The notes under the pieces: model-generated
The model's input: the letters and a program-made list of their open reading frames with translations, nothing else
The model's database searches: none
Told to the model about the DNA's origin: nothing
Origin: Thermoplasmata archaeon
GTDB lineage: Archaea > Thermoplasmatota > Thermoplasmata > Lutacidiplasmatales > UBA184
Length of the DNA stretch: 64,000 nt
Reading direction: 5' to 3'
Assembly: GCA_035297125.1 (NCBI GenBank)
Contig: DATGZQ010000068.1
Coordinates: 17,095 to 81,094 of the forward strand
Program-made: the position numbers and the translations under genes
Part shown: in pieces, positions 17,361 through 25,022 of the stretch
Numbering within the stretch: position 1 is the first letter of the stretch
Layout: each line of letters opens with the position of its first letter

Positions 17361-18196
17361 CGTTTCGCGTTCGGGACTACATGGTGCTCGAGGTCGAGCA
17401 CATCCCTTCCACCACGACCGTCGGCGAGGCGATCCGTCGCTTGATGAAGAGCCGGCACCACGGATTCCCCGTGACCGACCGGAGCGGTCGGTTGGTCGGC
17501 TTCGTGAGCGCGAAGGAGCTCCTGCGCCACGCTGCGGACGCCGATACCCCGCTCGGGAAGATCATCCGCCCGGGGACGTACACGGCGGCGCCCGACACGG
17601 CGCTGGACGACGCGGCGCGGATCATGTTCCGTTTCGGGCTCCGGGACCTACCGATCATCGACGAGAAGGGTCGGCTCTGCGGGGTCCTGTCGAACCTGGA
17701 CGTCGTCCGTTCTCATTTCGAACGCGCGTCACCGGCCAAGGCGGACACGCTGAAGCGCCTGCTCTCCGAGAGGTACAACCTCCCGTTCTCGTTCCATCGG
17801 GGCCTCGTGCCCATCGACCGTCTCACCCCTACGCAGTGGAAGGTCTACGAGGACGAGCTCGAGGGCCGACGCTACGAGCTCGAGCGGGGGTTCGCCGAGC
17901 CCGTCCTGGTCGTCCAGAAAGGGGAATCCTGGATCCTCGTCGACGGCCACCACCGGGCACTGGCCGCGCGCGAGATGGGCCTCACCCAGCTACAGGCCTT
18001 CGTCCTGACGTGCGACCGGCCCGAGGAGTTCGCCCGCCAGGAGACGGGGTTCGAGCGCGTCGCCGAGGAGCACCACCTGAAGACGGTCCTCGACATCGAG
18101 ATCGACCGATCCACCCACCACCCGCTCGTCGAAGTGACGACCCAGCTCATCCGAAGGTTCGAATCCGGACCGGAGAGCCCGGATCGCTCGACCTAG
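17357..18196 (+). CDS. CBS-pair domain fused to a ParB/sulfiredoxin-like domain
   Basis: The N-terminal ~130 aa has a tandem CBS pattern (GFPVTD...GFVS, LPIIDEKGRLCGVLS). The C-terminal domain carries WILVDGHHRALAA (the DGxHR ParB/Srx motif). Its ATG overlaps the SIS gene stop (ATGA). Confidence 0.75.
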   Translation: MTFRVRDYMVLEVEHIPSTTTVGEAIRRLMKSRHHGFPVTDRSGRLVGFVSAKELLRHAADADTPLGKIIRPGTYTAAPDTALDDAARIMFRFGLRDLPIIDEKGRLCGVLSNLDVVRSHFERASPAKADTLKRLLSERYNLPFSFHRGLVPIDRLTPTQWKVYEDELEGRRYELERGFAEPVLVVQKGESWILVDGHHRALAAREMGLTQLQAFVLTCDRPEEFARQETGFERVAEEHHLKTVLDIEIDRSTHHPLVEVTTQLIRRFESGPESPDRST

Positions 18197-18227
18197 CCCG
18201 TCCGGCCCCGGTCGGTACCGGGACCAT

Positions 18228-19217
18228 ATGAAACGCCCCGGCTCCTCGCCGGGGTCGATGAACCTCCCCCTTCCAGCGATCGGAGTGAGCTCCGGGCTCG
18301 GCCCGTTCGCGGCCATCGCGATCTCGATGATCGCCATCACGATCGTGGTCCTCGGGCTGGTGCTCCGGACCGAGCGCGGGCCCCCGCTGCTCACGCAGAT
18401 GCTGCTGGCGCTCGCCGTCCTGCTCGGAGGGACCGTCCTCCTGCTCGCCCTCCTGTTCATCTTCATCGACTCCGACGGGACGACCGCGTGGACTTGGGTC
18501 CTCGTCGCGTTCAACTTCATGATGATGGTCCCTCTGGGTCTCTGGTTCATTGGGCTGATCGTCTTCCGGGACCGCCGGGTCTCCCCCAGGGCGTGGGCCT
18601 GGCCGGTCAGCCTGGGCGTCACCGTGACCGGCTCGGAAGCGCTGATGGGCGTGCTGTTCGCGTACGGGGGCGCGAACGGAACCCTCTCGGTCGTGGCCAC
18701 GTTCGGGCTGGGCCTCTCCTCGATCTGGTTCTTCTGGTCGATGGCGGCGGTGATGACGGCCCTTACGGTGTGGGCTCCCCAGCCGGCGGCGGGGCGGGCC
18801 GGCGCCCTGGCGCTAACGCTCGCATCCGTCGTCGCGCCCTGGGTGACGGCCTACCCGATCGTCGGGGTGCTGGCGATGTCGGTCGTGATGGTCGGCTGGT
18901 TCGCCATGCTGGCTCGCCTGCTGCGCCTCCGCAGGATCGTCCCCGGTGAGGCGAGCCTCGTCGCATGGATCTCTGTAGCGTTCCTCGCGATGGGGGCCGC
19001 TGGGGCCCTGGTAGCCGCCACGGGGGGGTCAATGCTGGCAGCCACGGTATTCGGGACCGTGATGGGGCTGGCGATGATCGGGGAGGTCGCCTACCTCGTC
19101 AGGGCCTGCTACGGCGGCCCGGTTGTCCGACCGTGGACGGAGGGAGTTCCGGGAGCCGACCCCGGAGCATCCGCCCCACCCCCGGTTCCCCGCACTGCGG
19201 TCGAACCCCGGTCGTGA
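18228..19217 (+). CDS. Polytopic membrane protein (about 8 TM), hypothetical
   Basis: Repeated ~20-residue hydrophobic segments. I recognised no family. Confidence 0.6.
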   Translation: MKRPGSSPGSMNLPLPAIGVSSGLGPFAAIAISMIAITIVVLGLVLRTERGPPLLTQMLLALAVLLGGTVLLLALLFIFIDSDGTTAWTWVLVAFNFMMMVPLGLWFIGLIVFRDRRVSPRAWAWPVSLGVTVTGSEALMGVLFAYGGANGTLSVVATFGLGLSSIWFFWSMAAVMTALTVWAPQPAAGRAGALALTLASVVAPWVTAYPIVGVLAMSVVMVGWFAMLARLLRLRRIVPGEASLVAWISVAFLAMGAAGALVAATGGSMLAATVFGTVMGLAMIGEVAYLVRACYGGPVVRPWTEGVPGADPGASAPPPVPRTAVEPRS

Positions 19218-19256
19218 CTCCGTACCGGTCCCCCCGGCTGGTTCCGCCCGGGATTC

Positions 19257-19272
19257 GTACAACGACCATATC
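19257..19272 (+). promoter_or_regulatory. Candidate promoter element GTACAACGACCATATC upstream of blue copper protein 1
   Basis: It has the same framing (GTAC-N5-CCATATC) as the tatA upstream element at 23242-23257, and lies 28-37 nt upstream of candidate GTG starts. Confidence 0.35.
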
Positions 19273-19299
19273 AACCGTCCCCAGGTCCCCGCGCCGTCA

Positions 19300-20352
19300 G
19301 TGGATCACGTGACCCGCTCTTCCTCCGGACGCTCGTCGAGGCAAGCCCTGTGGCCGGCTGCCTGGCTGGTCGCCGGGCTGGTGCTCGCGACCCTCGCCGC
19401 GCCCGCCGGCGCGGCGGCCGCCCACGTCCTACGATTCGAGCCTGGGATCGGGTATGCCCATGCCGAGACGACCAACGTCAGCTACTCCGTGAACCTGACG
19501 GACGCGCCGGCGTTCGCCCCCCGGTATCTCTCGGTGGTCGCGGGGGGCAACATCTCGATCCACTTCCACAACGTGGGGAGCTACTCGCATTCGTTCACGG
19601 TCTCGTCGCTGGCGAACGCCACGCTCAATTCGTCTTGGACCCCCACCCAGCTCGACGCGAACTTCACAGCCCACGCGCCTCTCGCGAACACGACGTTCGC
19701 TGCCGGTGCCTCGGGATGGGTCAACCTGACGTTCACCGCAAGGGAGGCGACCGACTCGTTCGAGTTCGCCTCAATCGTCCCCTACCAGTTCCAGGCGGGG
19801 ATGTGGGGCTGGCTCAACGTCACTTCGAACACCGCACCGCTCCTTCTTGTCGAGAACACTACGAACGGCGGCGGCTCGGTGGCCTTCGTCCCAAACGTCC
19901 TAGCCGTGTCTACCACGAGCTATCCAGTGACGCTCGACGTGAGGGTCACGAACCAGGGGAGCTTCGGGCACACGTTCACCGTATCCCGCCAGTCGAACGT
20001 CACGGTCCCGCAGGCCTTCGGTGCGTACTTCGCGACGTACCCGCCGCTCGTCAACGCTAACGTGAACGCTTCGCTCGGCTATGTCGCCTGGGCGAACTTC
20101 TCGGTGCCAGCGCCGGGGAAATACATGTACATCTGCGAGGTCTCCGGACACTACGCATCAGGGATGTACGGTTTCCTCTACGTCGGCGTGGCACCGCCAC
20201 CCGTACCCCCGGCGCCCAGCACCGCGATTGTGGAGACCTGGATCCTGGTCGGTTCCGCCGTTCTCCTGGGGATCGGCGGCCTCCTCGCGCTCACCGCCGC
20301 GTTCTCGGGCCGGTTTCCACGACAGCCGGGTACGCACGGCGGGCACCACTAG
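19300..20352 (+). CDS. Two-domain cupredoxin (blue copper) protein, membrane-anchored at the C-terminus
   Basis: The second domain has type-1 Cu ligands FGHTF...CEVSGHYASGM. The first domain has the same fold pattern without Cys or His ligands. It has an N-terminal hydrophobic signal, a C-terminal TM helix and many N-x-S/T sequons. The start (GTG at 19300 or 19309) is uncertain. Confidence 0.75.
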   Translation: MDHVTRSSSGRSSRQALWPAAWLVAGLVLATLAAPAGAAAAHVLRFEPGIGYAHAETTNVSYSVNLTDAPAFAPRYLSVVAGGNISIHFHNVGSYSHSFTVSSLANATLNSSWTPTQLDANFTAHAPLANTTFAAGASGWVNLTFTAREATDSFEFASIVPYQFQAGMWGWLNVTSNTAPLLLVENTTNGGGSVAFVPNVLAVSTTSYPVTLDVRVTNQGSFGHTFTVSRQSNVTVPQAFGAYFATYPPLVNANVNASLGYVAWANFSVPAPGKYMYICEVSGHYASGMYGFLYVGVAPPPVPPAPSTAIVETWILVGSAVLLGIGGLLALTAAFSGRFPRQPGTHGGHH

Positions 20353-20447
20353 AACGACCCGGGGGACCACGCCCCTTCTCGGGGGGATTCGGTCCGCGGG
20401 GCGGCAAGCCGTTGAGGCCTGGGGACCCCAGTCTCGGGCGCGACCGG

Positions 20448-20906
20448 TTAGACGAGCACCAGGAACGATCGCATCGTCCCGTGGAACGTGCCGCAGAACT
20501 CGGTGCACTGGATCAGGTACTGGGTTCCGATCGGGGCGTTGGGCACGGTGAATGCGAACTGGTTGACCCGGTCGGGGATCGCGTCGATGCGCACCCCGAG
20601 CTGGGGAATGTTGAAGGAATGGACCACGTCCGTGCCCGTGACGTTGATCTGGACCACCGAACCAGGCTCGGCCCACAGGGCCCCGCCGGAGACCGTGTTG
20701 TTGGCCGCATTGTAGATCGAGTTGAAGCACGTGCTGTTGGAGTAGCAGAACTCCCAGTACCACTGGTGCCCGGTCACGTTGATGTACTCGTCCGCGTGGG
20801 CTGGAAGGGCGTCGAGCTGGTAGACGAGGATCGTCGAGTAGGCGCCGACACCGGCGATGAGGCCCACGACGACCAGGGTCCACGCCACCTCGAGCCGGTT
20901 AACCAT
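20448..20906 (-). CDS. coxB: Haem-copper oxidase subunit II (one TM helix plus CuA cupredoxin domain)
   Basis: CuA ligands VVHSF and CTEFCGTFHGTM. N-terminal LEVAWTLVVVGLIAG matches the canonical second TM helix of subunit II. Confidence 0.85.
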   Translation of the reverse strand: MVNRLEVAWTLVVVGLIAGVGAYSTILVYQLDALPAHADEYINVTGHQWYWEFCYSNSTCFNSIYNAANNTVSGGALWAEPGSVVQINVTGTDVVHSFNIPQLGVRIDAIPDRVNQFAFTVPNAPIGTQYLIQCTEFCGTFHGTMRSFLVLV

Positions 20907-21129
20907 ACCGTCGCCTCCGGGTCTTCGGGTCGCGGAACTTCCAGACCGCGTACACGAGGAACGCGAACGTCACGATCGACCCGGCGACGCTTATCGCCAG
21001 CATCGTCCAGAGCAGCGGCTCGGTCAGCTGGAGGTTGGTCTGGCCGGCGCCGAGTACGCCCAGGAGCCCGACGACGGTCCCGCCTTTCGCGAGCGCGGTC
21101 CCCGGTCGCGCCGGTGGAGCTGCCCGCAC
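20899..21129 (-). CDS. Small membrane peptide equivalent to the first TM helix of oxidase subunit II
   Basis: LLWTMLAISVAGSIVTFAFLVYAVWKFRDPKTRRRRYG. Its stop overlaps the coxB ATG by 8 nt (TATGGTTAA). The GTG start is uncertain. Confidence 0.55.
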   Translation of the reverse strand: MRAAPPARPGTALAKGGTVVGLLGVLGAGQTNLQLTEPLLWTMLAISVAGSIVTFAFLVYAVWKFRDPKTRRRRYG

Positions 21130-21150
21130 GCGGAAGCCGTGGGGGGCCGC

Positions 21151-21173
21151 GTACTTATTCCCGCTGTTCGTAC
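21151..21173 (-). promoter_or_regulatory. Candidate promoter of the subunit II operon: GTACGAAC plus gaataagtac TATA-like box (minus strand)
   Basis: The minus strand reads GTACGAACagcgggAATAAGTAC. The TATA-like centre is about 26 nt upstream of the GTG at 21129. Confidence 0.35.
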
Positions 21174-21290
21174 GGCAAACGACCTTGTCCGCCCCGTCGC
21201 GCTCGCGTCACGGACGCGGCATGTACGTACGGAGGGGCTTTGAAGAGCCCCCCTCGTCCTGTGCCACCCCGGAACCGCTCCGGCGTCACG

Positions 21291-22016
21291 ATGAGACCGA
21301 AAACCCTGAGGAGAAAGCTGGTCACTCTCGGCCTCACGCTGGCGCTGGTCCTCGGGGCTGGCGTCGTCGTGGGCGTTCCCCGGGTGGTCATCGCCTCTCC
21401 AGTGCTGGCGGTCACCTCACCTTCGGTGAACGTCACGGCCGTCTCGTATTCGTTCGCCCCCAACCTGATCGAACAGGTCCCACCGAACGTCACGATCCAT
21501 CTAAATCTCTTGAACGCCGACGCCTACGGCGCCGCCCACACCTTCACGATCTACAAGCGCGAGGGTGTCGTCATCGGCCAAAACCCCAATTCGCCCAGCA
21601 CCGACATCTCGACGCTGCTGTACGGGACGGGGACGTATGACGGAAACCTCTTCGACGGCCCGGCCAACGGCACCGGCTGGTTCAACATGACATTCCCGGC
21701 CCCGGCCACGGGCTGGTACGAGTTCGTCTGCACGGAATCGGGTCACTACGCCTCTGGGATGTACGGCTTCATCGCCTTCGGGGAGAACCTCCCCGCGAAC
21801 CTCACGATCACCGTGCCCAACACCGGCGCCGGCCTCGCAGTCTTCATCATCGTCGGGACCATCGTGACGCTTACGGTGATCGCGATCGTTCTCGGCTTCG
21901 TGGTCGGACGGCGGCGGGGTTCTCAGTTCGAGATGCCCCCCGAACGGCTGGGGTACGCGGAGCCTCCGACCCCCGAGCAGAACGCCCCCCTTCCGCCGAC
22001 CCCCCCGCACTCCTGA
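21291..22016 (+). CDS. Single-domain blue copper protein, Tat-type signal, C-terminal TM anchor
   Basis: MRPKTLRRKLVTLGLTLALVLGA (twin-arginine signal), AAHTF...CTESGHYASGMYGF Cu ligands, and a TM helix plus Pro-rich tail. Only the last 241 codons of the listed 534-aa ORF are used. Confidence 0.8.
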   Translation: MRPKTLRRKLVTLGLTLALVLGAGVVVGVPRVVIASPVLAVTSPSVNVTAVSYSFAPNLIEQVPPNVTIHLNLLNADAYGAAHTFTIYKREGVVIGQNPNSPSTDISTLLYGTGTYDGNLFDGPANGTGWFNMTFPAPATGWYEFVCTESGHYASGMYGFIAFGENLPANLTITVPNTGAGLAVFIIVGTIVTLTVIAIVLGFVVGRRRGSQFEMPPERLGYAEPPTPEQNAPLPPTPPHS

Positions 22017-22103
22017 CGGGGGAGGCCCCCCACGAGGGGCGCAAGGCTCAAGAACCCAACGCATTGTAAGCTACGAACCTTGTAGTAGGTTCTGAGCGGA
22101 GTA

Positions 22104-23150
22104 ATGGCGTGGAGCACCCCGAGCCGTGAGCGTCGCGTCCTGAAAGCCGGACATTCGTCGATCGCCGTCACCCTTCCCAAGCCGTGGGCTGAGGCGATGA
22201 ACCTCCGCCCCGGGGACCTGGTCGTGTTCGACCAGAACAACGACGGGACCCTCTACCTCAAGCCCGCGCCGGCACCGGGTTCGCTGGCCGCGATTGCCCC
22301 GTTTGTCGTCCAGGCCCGGTCGTTCGATACCCCCGGCACGCTGCGGCGCCTCATCGTCGGGGCCTACCGGGCAGGACACGACGCGATCGAGATCCGGACC
22401 GAGGTCCCGCTTTCGCCGGACCGGGCCGAGGAGGTGCTGGACGCCGCCCGCGGATTACTGGGCGTCTCGGTGGTGGCCCAGGAGCCCAACCGTGTCCTTC
22501 TCCAGAATTTCATCGACCCCTCGAAGTACGGGCTGCCCCAGCTCGTCCAACGCATGAAAATGATCCTCGTCACCTTCCTCGAGGAGATGGAGGAGGTCGC
22601 CCGACGCCACACCCGGAGCCGGCGCCTCTCGACCCTCGAGGAGGAGGGGGGCAAGGTGCTCGCTCTTCTCGTGCGCCAGCTGTTCCTGGCGAGCCGGGAT
22701 TGGTCGCTCGCCCGACGGATTGGCAGCCCCGACCCGCGCCAGCTGCTCGAGTGGCGAGTGGTCGTCCACTCCCTCGAAGAGCTTGCGGCGATGTTCGGGG
22801 AGGGCTTGTCCCTCCTGAACGAGGACGCGACCTCGCTCTCGACGCAGACCAGCGACTCCCTGACGGCCGCCCTCCCCGAAGTGAAGGCGCATCTCAAGGC
22901 GGTGGTGGAGGCGCTCATGCACCCATCCCTCAACCTGGCGTGCGAGGTGTACCAGCAGAGCGAGCAGCAACGGAGCCTGCGTATTCCGGGACCCGACGCC
23001 CGCCGCTCGGGCACCCGCCGCGCTCCCGGCGTGCCGTTCACCACTTACTTCGTTCGGCGCTCGACCACGTGTCTCGAACTCCTCTCGGGCGTGGCGATCG
23101 ACCGCGCCGTCGCTGCGGGGACGGAAACCATCCTCGTCGAAGCAGCCTGA
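22104..23150 (+). CDS. AbrB/SpoVT-domain plus PhoU-like regulator
   Basis: N-terminus RRVLKAGHSSIAVTLPKPWAEAMNLRPGDLVVF is a SpoVT/AbrB swapped-hairpin pattern. The rest is helical with PhoU-like length. The family call is from memory of archaeal PhoU-homologue annotations. Confidence 0.6.
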   Translation: MAWSTPSRERRVLKAGHSSIAVTLPKPWAEAMNLRPGDLVVFDQNNDGTLYLKPAPAPGSLAAIAPFVVQARSFDTPGTLRRLIVGAYRAGHDAIEIRTEVPLSPDRAEEVLDAARGLLGVSVVAQEPNRVLLQNFIDPSKYGLPQLVQRMKMILVTFLEEMEEVARRHTRSRRLSTLEEEGGKVLALLVRQLFLASRDWSLARRIGSPDPRQLLEWRVVVHSLEELAAMFGEGLSLLNEDATSLSTQTSDSLTAALPEVKAHLKAVVEALMHPSLNLACEVYQQSEQQRSLRIPGPDARRSGTRRAPGVPFTTYFVRRSTTCLELLSGVAIDRAVAAGTETILVEAA

Positions 23151-23241
23151 GGGGCGCATCCCCCGGGGGCTCGGCGGCCCCCGGCGCCCGGGTGGTTTAT
23201 CCCTGCGAGGTGCGAACCGTCCGTATGGGTCCTATCCTCCC

Positions 23242-23257
23242 GTACGAACGCCATATC
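23242..23257 (+). promoter_or_regulatory. Candidate promoter element GTACGAACGCCATATC upstream of tatA
   Basis: It contains the 8-mer GTACGAAC also present in the subunit II promoter region, and lies about 35 nt upstream of the GTG at 23292. Confidence 0.35.
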
Positions 23258-23291
23258 CTCCCAACCCGAGTGCGAACCCCGGGGTGGCAGC

Positions 23292-23498
23292 GTGTTCGAC
23301 TCTATCGACGATTGGTTGATCATAGCCGTGGTGGCCGGAATTCTGTTCTACGGGTCTAGCAAGATCCCCCAGCTCGCGCGAAGCCTGGGTCGGTCCGTCG
23401 GGGAGTTCAAGAAGGGCCGGCTGGAAGTGGAGCGCGAGATCCGTCTCGAGCAGGCCGCGCAGTCGGGCGAATCTGTTCCCGCGACCCCGCCCCACTAG
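23292..23498 (+). CDS. tatA: Twin-arginine translocase TatA/E
   Basis: 68 aa with one TM helix followed by FYGSSKIPQLARSLGRSVGEFKKG, the TatA hinge and amphipathic helix. Confidence 0.8.
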   Translation: MFDSIDDWLIIAVVAGILFYGSSKIPQLARSLGRSVGEFKKGRLEVEREIRLEQAAQSGESVPATPPH

Positions 23499-23606
23499 GT
23501 ACACTCAGGCCGGTCGCCGGATGCGCGAGGGAGACGGACGAGCCGAGAGTTTCGCTCGGGACGACCGGGCCCGGGCGGAAGCCCGAAGGAGGGTCCGTAG
23601 TGCCTG

Positions 23607-24461
23607 ATGCGCGAGCTCGACCGCATCCTCTCCGTGGTCTCCGAGGTCCGTCGCCGGCTGGTACGCGTCGGTGTCGTTCTCGCGGGAATCTTCGGGTTCC
23701 TCATTCTCTTCGAGCTCGTCCCGTTCCGTCTCCGACTCCTCGGGCTTTCGATCCCGTTCGCCTACCCCTGGCCGAGCCCGTTCTACAACGTCACCGCCCA
23801 GGTGTTCCGGGCAATGGTCACCTGGATGCTCCCCCCCAACGTTTCGCTCCTGAACGTGGGTGTGGCCGACTCGATCGTCGCCCAGATGGAGATCGGCCTG
23901 CTCCTCACGATCATCGTGGGCATGCCGTGGATCGTTCACGAGGCCGGGGCGTTCCTCGTGCCCGCCCTCCGGAAGAACGAGCGCGCGCTCCTGCGGGAGA
24001 TCGGGATCCCGGCGTCGGCGCTGTTCGCGCTCGGCACGGCGATCGGCATCTTCGTGCTGACCCCGTTCACGTTCCGGCTCCTGTTCCTCTACGTCGCGGC
24101 GATGAACCTCGCCCCGGTCCTTGGGGTCCAGTCGTTCGTGACGTTCGCCCTGCTCTACTCCCTGGCCTTCGGCATCGTCTTCGAGCTACCCGTCTTCCTC
24201 TACGCGCTGACGCGGCTGGGCGTCGTGCGCGCCTCGGCCTGGCGCAAGCATTGGCGCGGCGCGGTGATCGGCGCCCTCGTCTTCGGAATGATCGTCACCC
24301 CCGACAACTCCGGGATCACGATGCTGCTGATCGCGCTCCCGATGTTCGGCCTCTACCTCGGGGGAGCGTACTTCGCATCGCGGTGGGAGCACCGAAGGGA
24401 CAGACGGGGCCGGCCGAAGGCGCTCGCGGGCGCGGGGAAGACTGATGGGACTCTTCTCTGA
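23607..24461 (+). CDS. tatC: Twin-arginine translocase TatC
   Basis: 284 aa with about 6 TM helices. N-terminal LSVVSEVRRRLVRV and overall topology are typical of TatC. Confidence 0.8.
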   Translation: MRELDRILSVVSEVRRRLVRVGVVLAGIFGFLILFELVPFRLRLLGLSIPFAYPWPSPFYNVTAQVFRAMVTWMLPPNVSLLNVGVADSIVAQMEIGLLLTIIVGMPWIVHEAGAFLVPALRKNERALLREIGIPASALFALGTAIGIFVLTPFTFRLLFLYVAAMNLAPVLGVQSFVTFALLYSLAFGIVFELPVFLYALTRLGVVRASAWRKHWRGAVIGALVFGMIVTPDNSGITMLLIALPMFGLYLGGAYFASRWEHRRDRRGRPKALAGAGKTDGTLL

Positions 24462-24837
24462 CCTCGACTGGCTGATCATCGCGGCCGTCGCCGTCTTCCT
24501 CCTCTTCGGACAGGGCAACCGGGACGCGCTACGCACGCTCGGACGGTGGTACGGCCGAGCGAACCGCCTCAAGCAGGAGCTCCTGACCGAGTTCTCAAAG
24601 GCAGCGGACCTCCCCATGTCGGGCGGCGGGGCGCCGGTCTCCCTGCGGTCGACGCTCCTAGGAATGGACCCAGCGGTCGGTCGCGCGAGCGGGATCCCCG
24701 CGACCGTCCGCGTCCCTCCGTCCGCGCCGCTCGCGCCCGCCTCCGCACCGGACACGCCCTGGACGGGCGGTCATCCGGTCCCGACCTGGTCGACTACCGC
24801 GTCGGTGGGGTACACCTCCACCGAGGGCCTCCGATGA
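24445..24837 (+). CDS. Second TatA/TatB-like protein
   Basis: An N-terminal TM helix followed by LLFGQGNRDALRTLGRWYGRANRLKQEL (FG hinge plus amphipathic helix), then a long disordered tail. It overlaps the tatC end by 17 nt. Confidence 0.6.
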   Translation: MGLFSDLDWLIIAAVAVFLLFGQGNRDALRTLGRWYGRANRLKQELLTEFSKAADLPMSGGGAPVSLRSTLLGMDPAVGRASGIPATVRVPPSAPLAPASAPDTPWTGGHPVPTWSTTASVGYTSTEGLR

Positions 24838-25022
24838 GCGGCCTGACTCCGGACCAGGTCGTTGACCTGACCGAGATACTTGTCGTGCTGATGGGGATCG
24901 GGATTGCGTGGGTGATCTACCACGGGAGCGAGAACGCCGAGCTCCCCGGGGAAGCGCCCATCCCCGAACCGGGAGAGGCGGACGATGCGAAGCCCGATAC
25001 GCGGGGGAGGACCCTTTCGTGA
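24834..25022 (+). CDS. Small single-TM protein (62 aa), hypothetical
   Basis: Its ATG overlaps the upstream stop (ATGA) and its stop overlaps the candidate Rieske GTG (GTGA). TM segment ILVVLMGIGIAWVIY. Confidence 0.4.
   Translation: MSGLTPDQVVDLTEILVVLMGIGIAWVIYHGSENAELPGEAPIPEPGEADDAKPDTRGRTLS

Noticed and set aside
20412-21290. 5' 293 codons of the listed 534-aa plus-strand ORF
   Set aside because: This part runs antisense through coxB and its partner and is R/G/D/P-rich. Only the part from the ATG at 21291 (RR signal plus cupredoxin) looks real.
22071-22078. CTACGAAC as a fourth copy of the GTACGAAC element
   Set aside because: The one-mismatch variant also occurs inside coding sequence (about 29.80 kb in ctaA and about 33.94 kb) as Tyr-Glu-Arg codons. 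This copy alone is not evidence, so it is kept only as a caveat in the motif finding.
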